Assembly (NCBI RefSeq): GCF_021869535.1
Contig: NW_026262667.1
Span: 4,960,001 to 5,024,000, forward strand
Direction of reading: 5' to 3'
DNA length: 64,000 nucleotides
Origin: Mytilus californianus
Taxonomy: Eukaryota
Part shown: positions 56,961 to 64,000 of the stretch, piece by piece
Numbering within the stretch: the stretch's first letter is position 1
Layout of the letters: the number at the start of each line of letters is the position of its first letter
The notes under the pieces: generated by a model
What the model was told of the DNA's origin: nothing
The model's database searches: none
The model's input: only the letters and a program-made list of their open reading frames with translations
Made by a program: the position numbers and the translations under genes

Positions 56961-59900
56961 GTAAGAATTTTTTATATAAAATTTTGAATGTATTTGTAAC
57001 TCATTGAACTGCGTCTGAATATCTAAAAAGTGAATTGTGTATATTTTAAGATATAATATCTAATAAAATATTATGAAAAGGATCTATAAATCGGTATAGA
57101 ATGAATGTAAAAAAACATTGATAAAATATATTGTATACACCTTGAATTTCTCGAAATTCCAGCCACAGAATTACACGGATTCGTTTTCAAGTTCAGTCAA
57201 AAATCAATTACAGTCTCGGTATGTAAAGTGACAAAAGCGTCGAAAAACAAAATAAGCTTAATGTCATGCTGTAATATCGTAATTCATCATATTTTTTCAT
57301 ACATCACGCAAACTTTAAAATGATTTTAAAAGATTTCAGAAATGATCTGGTGACCCCTGATATTTTCACACCATTAAACCGAAAATGTTCGCAGCGATAA
57401 TATATAATTTAAAACAAATAATGTTGACGGAATTATGAGAAATCACAATTTTAATCGAATAAAATGCATTTTTTTCCGTCACTTTTTACCTCTAAATTTG
57501 TAGGTAGAACTCTATTAGAGACATGTAATAAATACCTCTGGTTCGTTGTATCTCTAGAATCTATATGTCGTCTCGAGCGGTAATTGCCGGGGGATTTACC
57601 AAAAACTATGGTAAAATTTAAGAAACACCGCAAACCTAGCCAAAAGATATGAAATATCTATAACATGTACCATTTGTTCAATATTCAAATGCAGTTTAAC
57701 AAGATTTAAATGCATGCCGAATTTCGTAAAAATCCGATATATCATCCAATGATGTGTACTTCGCCTTAATAATTATCTGACTTGTCGATAGTGGTTCATA
57801 TCATTTATATCATGAACCTGTTCAAAGTGTTTCAACAGCCAATCTTATGTATTCGTTTGTGATCTCTATCGAGATTCTACAAGAGTTGATAGGAACTGTT
57901 TGTCCTGGTTCAATAGGCATTCTCCTTGATCATGAATCAACTTCAATTCAATGGCCACTTGGCATTTATCTTTCATAACAGGTTTTCTTAAATTTTTACG
58001 CTTACTCGACGCATTGATGACCTGGTAATCGTGATTGTACCTATAATTGCCACCATTATTTTGAAATCTACGACTGACTTGACAACTGTTGACAAGGACA
58101 AGATTTAGGCAGTACAACCAAAAGGGTACAAAAAATGTTCTACTTTGCATTTGAAAAGTATTGAAAAAAGGTCCAGCTTTCATTCTGCGTTAGGTTTTGT
58201 TATACTGATTCGAAAAGCTATGTGATAAGTTTTTTTGTGGATTGTGAAGACGAATGCATAGACAATTTTTTGGAAGCATGATGAATAAAATTTGTGAATG
58301 GGGTTTGACATGCATGTTCAAGAGGTCACGGGGCACGATAGATGTTCTACGGTGTCATGACAGGCATACGGTGTCAAGATAAGAACTCTCAAATGATAAT
58401 TCATTTTTATTATCGATTATTATATTTTTGGTCGGCTTGCAATGGGAGGCAACTGCCTACATGTCTCCACATAATTTACGGCCCTGACAACTGTAGTTGC
58501 ATTGACCTTACGGAGTTCTGGGAAAGTACTTCCAATATTCTTCTCCTCTCAAACAACTTGACCATTTTTTCACGGGACCTAATTAATTCCTAGTTGTCAA
58601 GATTCAAAATAATGTACTCTCTTTCTTCTTAAACCCGATGTTGTAAGCATAAATAAAACAAAAGGGTAAAAACCCAGTATACCTAAATTTCACTTTATTA
58701 ACGCGTTACATGAGGTCGATCATTCGATCATTTTCAGCACTGAATGCAGATACTATTGTGACCGAACCGTCTGTGGTGGTCTCCATTCAGGATTAGTTCA
58801 CGGAGTCAGCAAACCTATACTAGGTACACTTATATATATTTTCTTAATATCTCGTTTACTTTCGTGTGTTGACTCTCGTTTTCATTTCCAACGCCTATCT
58901 TTGGGTATGCTAAGTTAAATAAATAATTCACGGGAGGCAGGCTGGTCAGGTTTTAATAATATGTTATTGTTTAAATGAAATATGTATAGCATTTCAGACA
59001 TTTCATATTTTGTGTATGTAAAAACTCTAATAAAACGAATTCATTTCTGATAAACTTAAAACTTAAATCTTTCAATACCAAGACTAAATCGTTGAAACTA
59101 AACAGACTGGTCTATTTCCAGTGGTATAGATATTTTCAGGAGAAAGTAAAGTCTAATTAGAATCACCATACTTTTTTCAAGTTGGGGCTAATTGAATTCG
59201 AAATGGTTTTAAAATTGGTTTTCATTTACAAGTTTACAAGGTAAAAACTTGTAGTACGTGATTGTTTCGAATCTGTTTGACTGGTGTGTGTCATCGGGTC
59301 GATTGAAAAGTTAACAAACTTATGTACCGAGATATTCGTCAGGTACAAACAGAGGTTTAAATGACATTTTTACCTACCTTAAGATTTGGTCACATGGCCT
59401 AGAAGGAAGTTAAAAGTTGAATTTTAGACTCCTGATTATGTTAATCGGATTTATTTAATGTAACAAATTCATATAAATTATATTTAAATCCACCTAAATG
59501 TGAAGTATTTCTACTTTCCATCTGAAAATGTGTGATGTCGTACTCAATAGTCACTTATATCTCATCCGGAAGGGACAATTACAAGTGTACTAAAAAGGAC
59601 GTAGATTAAACTGTATATATGATGCGGTCTGAAACTTTGATACAGAATAGTTTCTGATTTTTTTTGGATTATCACTAAAATATATCCTGTATATAGAGTT
59701 TCATTTATAACAACACAAAATGGACGAGGTAAGGATTTGAGTTTATTTTATTGTATATATCTGAACAACAATATCATAACACGGAAGTTGTACAGTTTTA
59801 CAATAGATAAGACGTGAAATTTGAGAGCTATAGCTTATTTATGAATAAATGTCAGACAACGACACTAATGCGACATTATTAAATCATTTCCTAGAGCATG

Positions 59901-60879
59901 TATAAATTAGGAAAAAACTTATCATGGTGAGAACTGATGAAAAGTATTATAATCATTGTATTACTTTCTCCAGTCATCATAGAGTTTAAAACAGAAACAA
60001 ACCAGGCATTGTTAAACTTTCTCTCAATGTGGTTTGCTCTATATTTAGAAGCACATTTTCAATGTTTTAATTTTATTGTCATAAAAGTTGGCGAAAATGC
60101 CAAGAGGGACAATACATACGAGTCTATGAAAGACAGCATACACCGTGACCAAAAGAAAAATGAAAAACAAACAAACAAACAAAAATCCTCGAACAACTAA
60201 AAAGAAAACTTAAGTTTGAAAAACACGTTCCCCATCGAAAATCCGTCGCTGAACTCAGGTGACCCGAAAAAGTAGAGCAGTTCCAAGGTTACTAGTAGCA
60301 CCCGTGTTGCTCATGGTACAAAACCGGTGGTAGTTCGCATTCGATGTTGTCATATACAAGGAAATGACAGAGTTGTGGCTACGAAAAATAAAACATATAA
60401 TATCCATGGTAATCTTTGACTCAATTATTCCATGACGATCAACCAAATAATGATGGAGTCTACGGCTTTCGAATATAAGAATAAGAAGATGTAGTATGAT
60501 TGCCAATATGACAACTTTCCACCAGAGACCAAATGACGTAGAAGTTAACAACAATAGGTCACCGCACGGCCTTCAAAGACTGCTTTAGCCTTACCATTAA
60601 GATCCATTGATTCAATAGCGTCAATGTAAGCAGCAATCTTCTAAGGAAATCAGGACAGGAAACACAAGTTCTTGATTAGTGTATCAACTCAAAAGATATT
60701 TGATGCAGATGCTGCTGGGCTACATAAAACGTAATGTTTCTTCATGAACTAACACGTTAAAAATCCGTCGCAGTGTGTCGTTCTAGTACAAAGCAGGGTT
60801 CCTATTCATATCACCTTAATATGTTCTGGTCCAGAATATGAATTTAATTTGCTACGAAGTGTTAACGGTCATCTATCAA

Positions 60880-61025
60880 TATCCTGATCCAATCAGACGG
60901 GACTGTGTATCTATACATCCCAATCATCATCCTGATCCAATCAGACGGGACTGTGTATCTATACATCCAAATCATCATCCTGATACAATCAGACGGGACT
61001 GTGTATCTATACATCCCAATCATCA
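60880..61025. repeat. 48-bp tandem repeat, 3 copies
   Basis: Unit atcctgatccaatcagacgggactgtgtatctatacatcccaatcatc. Confidence 0.9.
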
Positions 61026-64000
61026 TCTGTCTTACTGTCGGACGGGAAAGGTCTATTTAACCATATGTATATACCCCATACGTCATTAGTGTTATGTATG
61101 TATGAAATCTAAATTTTAACAGTAAATGTATACACTATCAAACTGGCTCCTGTTTATATATAAGTATTCGTGACCGTCAAGATTTAACTGAATTCATTGT
61201 GATCTTAATGATTTAATTTAGTTTAGTATGAATTTAATGTGAAACGAATTATTTTTTTGTGAGGAAGAGCTCTGCTTTAAATAAAAAATGTCCTCATAAT
61301 TTGTCATCCGCTGTTTTTTTTTTTTCAACTAGAAGTTCATACGGTTGTACTAGTTTACTAAATAATGTGGATCACAGAAGTTTTCATATGGATCTAGTGG
61401 ACTTATGTGTAAATAATTTATGTAATAACTTCCTCATACATTAACATAGGAGTGACTGATGTCTGTTGCAACTAAAATAAGAACTTCATCTTTACTTAAG
61501 ACCTACATAAAGAGATACACGTATCAAGCACTAGACATTTCAATGGTCCCAAAAACGCTTGGGTAATGGACTCTTTTTTATTTAATATATATATAACTTT
61601 TTTCATATATATATTGGCCGGGTTGGACAAAGTCCGAAACTGGTTTATAGTATGGTGATGTTAGGAGGGCGGGATAAAGCAATTGAGTTTTGTGTAATCA
61701 ACTATAATTTTTCAACCTAGATCCCTGGAACTTCACCACAAGAAGGTTGCACATATGTTGATGTTGTGAACCTGCTATTATTGATTGTTTGAGATTTTCT
61801 TCCAATTTTTGCAGACTTGGGAACTTAGTATTTTTTCAGCAAAGTTTATGAAAGAGGTTACAAGTTTTGTGTAATAGACTCCTACATTTTTCATCCCAGA
61901 TCCCTGAAACTTCACAGGAAAATTGCACATATGAGCTGTGTCGAATAGAAATCGACCTTATGCAAGTGCACGTATACATGTACATGTACATAAGACTTTT
62001 TTTTAACATTGAAATATGAAATAAAAGATGAATGTTGGTTCGTTTTGTAGAGTTATTATATCAACTCAATTTTCAAACGGTTATAGCCTTTCAAATGTAT
62101 TGATATTCATTTGCATAAGGTTGATTTCTATCCGGCGAAATCTATATATTGAAGTTTTGCACCTGCTATTAAGGAGTTGTTTCAGAAATTTTTGCATTTA
62201 ATATTTCATATTTGAAATATTTGAAAGGATTCAGTATAGAGCATTCTCCATTGATTAAGAAACATTCTGTGCGCAACCCGGCCCTTTGAGAGTTTGATAT
62301 ATTTTTCAGTAAATTTTCCTTGATAATTTAACTTATTTTCTCTTATTTAATGTGTCTCTTATCCATACGATTTTACAATAACAGTATAGTTTGTACATAA
62401 TGCCCCTATATTCTTATTTTCCACAAGCTTGTGGAAAAAAAAGAATATAAGAATACATGTATATATATGGATTTAGAAAAAGGGGGGGGGGGGTCCATTC
62501 CCCCAACACCTGTGAATGGTCCATCTTCACAAGAAACAATATACTAAATACGCTGCTGATTTTGTGGTGTGTACATATGGTTATGTCTTGAAACTTACCT
62601 TAAGTTTAACCTTAAAAAACACTGCTATTTTACTTAACTTTTTTTAAAACGTTCTTTTCTTCCTATTCCCATTATAAAATATAAAAAATGACCAATATCA
62701 CATCTTATTTTTATTATAAATGTACCTGTTGTTATCTACAGTGCTGTATCACATTTCACTCATACACTCGTACAGGGTTTCCTCGAAAATGTTTTATTTA
62801 TAGTTTAGGGATTTTGTGACAGCGTTCATCGAGTAACATTTCCGTATGTATATGTATATTTACCTATCTGACATGGTCGAATGAATCATTTCACACAAGG
62901 AAGTGTTTACTGTTGGAAATAACTAATGTATGATATTGTCAACCTTTTTGGACAACTCGTATAAAGGCAAAATTTGTAAGTATCTTTATATATCATACAT
63001 TACGTAAAAATCTTCTTCAAAAATAATTTATTTCCGCCATTCAGTAATAAAACTTACGTCGACTCCTTTTCAAAGAAACCAGTAAACCGCACTAAATATT
63101 AAAGAAAGTAATATCAAACGCATGGGTAACATATTTTTGTCTTTATCAAATGTATTATGACATTTTTAATTGATGAGTTAACACTTCTATGTCAGGGAAA
63201 AATCATACATACTGTTCTAATCGTTATGGTCACTGAATCCCTTATTAATAACAATAATAATACCATTTTTTTTATATAAACAAATAATTATTAAGACTGG
63301 GGCAGGTTTACAGACATGATGATATAGTGTACATAAATATCATGTAATAAGTAATTAAGTCGGGTAAACATGTGTATGTCAACTTGTCACTGAAATGTGT
63401 TAGTACTGAACTTTGAAAAATCCAGCAAATGTAAAGAACATGAGAAATCAAATGAATAAAAATTAATATGATAAGTTGTCAAAAAATATCCCATTTGCTT
63501 TTATAAAATAAATGTTTTTAGGATTCTAAAAAAACAGAAATTAGTTTTCTCGTTCGAAATTTTTACATTTGTCATTTCGGAGCCTTTGATATATATCTTG
63601 CTATGCGGTATGGGTTTTGCTCTATGTTGAAGGCCGTACGGTGACCTATAGTTGCTAGTCTTCTACATCATTTTGTCACTGGTGGAGAGTTGTCTCATTG
63701 GCAATCATACCACATCTTCTTTTCTTTATATGGTAGAAGGTAAACTATTCCATCAAATTAACATTTCCCACATCAGTGTTTCACATCGTATTGAAAAGGA
63801 AGCTAGGATTATTTTACACCTTCCTGTTACTACTGAACAATGTTGTCTGATCAACACATTATATTGTTTGTTATACTTACTGATATAATATAACGAAAAG
63901 TTTTTGTAGTGCAAGGCAGCCATTCTTGACAGTAAAACAGTCCTCAATCAATCGTTCCACTGTCTTCATAATGTTTTATGTTAATCATTTCCCGTATTTT

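Noticed and set aside
57700-58200. 105-aa minus-strand ORF and a neighbouring frame faintly like an integrase C-terminus
   Set aside because: No recognisable motif or splice support; at most an old TE remnant.

Overview
AT-rich, intron-containing animal DNA. The repeat landscape looks like a bivalve, probably a Mytilus-type mussel (inference, no database search run). Three spliced host genes can be rebuilt by hand. Two are intact, tandemly duplicated 5-exon GADD45-like genes on the minus strand (CDS 10826-13050 and 20283-23819; 158 aa each; 134/158 identical). The third is a pancreatic-lipase-related gene on the plus strand (ATG 40399; triad motifs GHSLG / GMDAAEP / CSHSRS; PLAT domain; last exon uncertain). 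Between them lies a full-length CR1/L2-group LINE with intact ORF1 and ORF2 (~32200-38644). Its ORF2 starts with a hydrophobic leader and a non-canonical 2A-like motif (GIEVNPGP). The rest is mobile DNA: several decayed Penelope-like (Naiad-type) RT pieces, a 364-bp retrozyme-like unit with a minimal type I hammerhead ribozyme plus two further hammerhead remnants, LINE 3' stubs, Helentron-like non-autonomous elements, MITEs, long palindromes and minisatellites. Most notable: the hammerhead/retrozyme unit; the LINE 2A-like leader preceded by an in-frame stop-restart uORF; a STAT/NF-kB/MEF2 intronic module identical in both GADD45 copies; an inverted LINE-5'-like head facing the LINE 3' end; and a palindrome family that keeps its termini and loop but not its stem sequence. 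Most ORFs in the supplied track are spurious.
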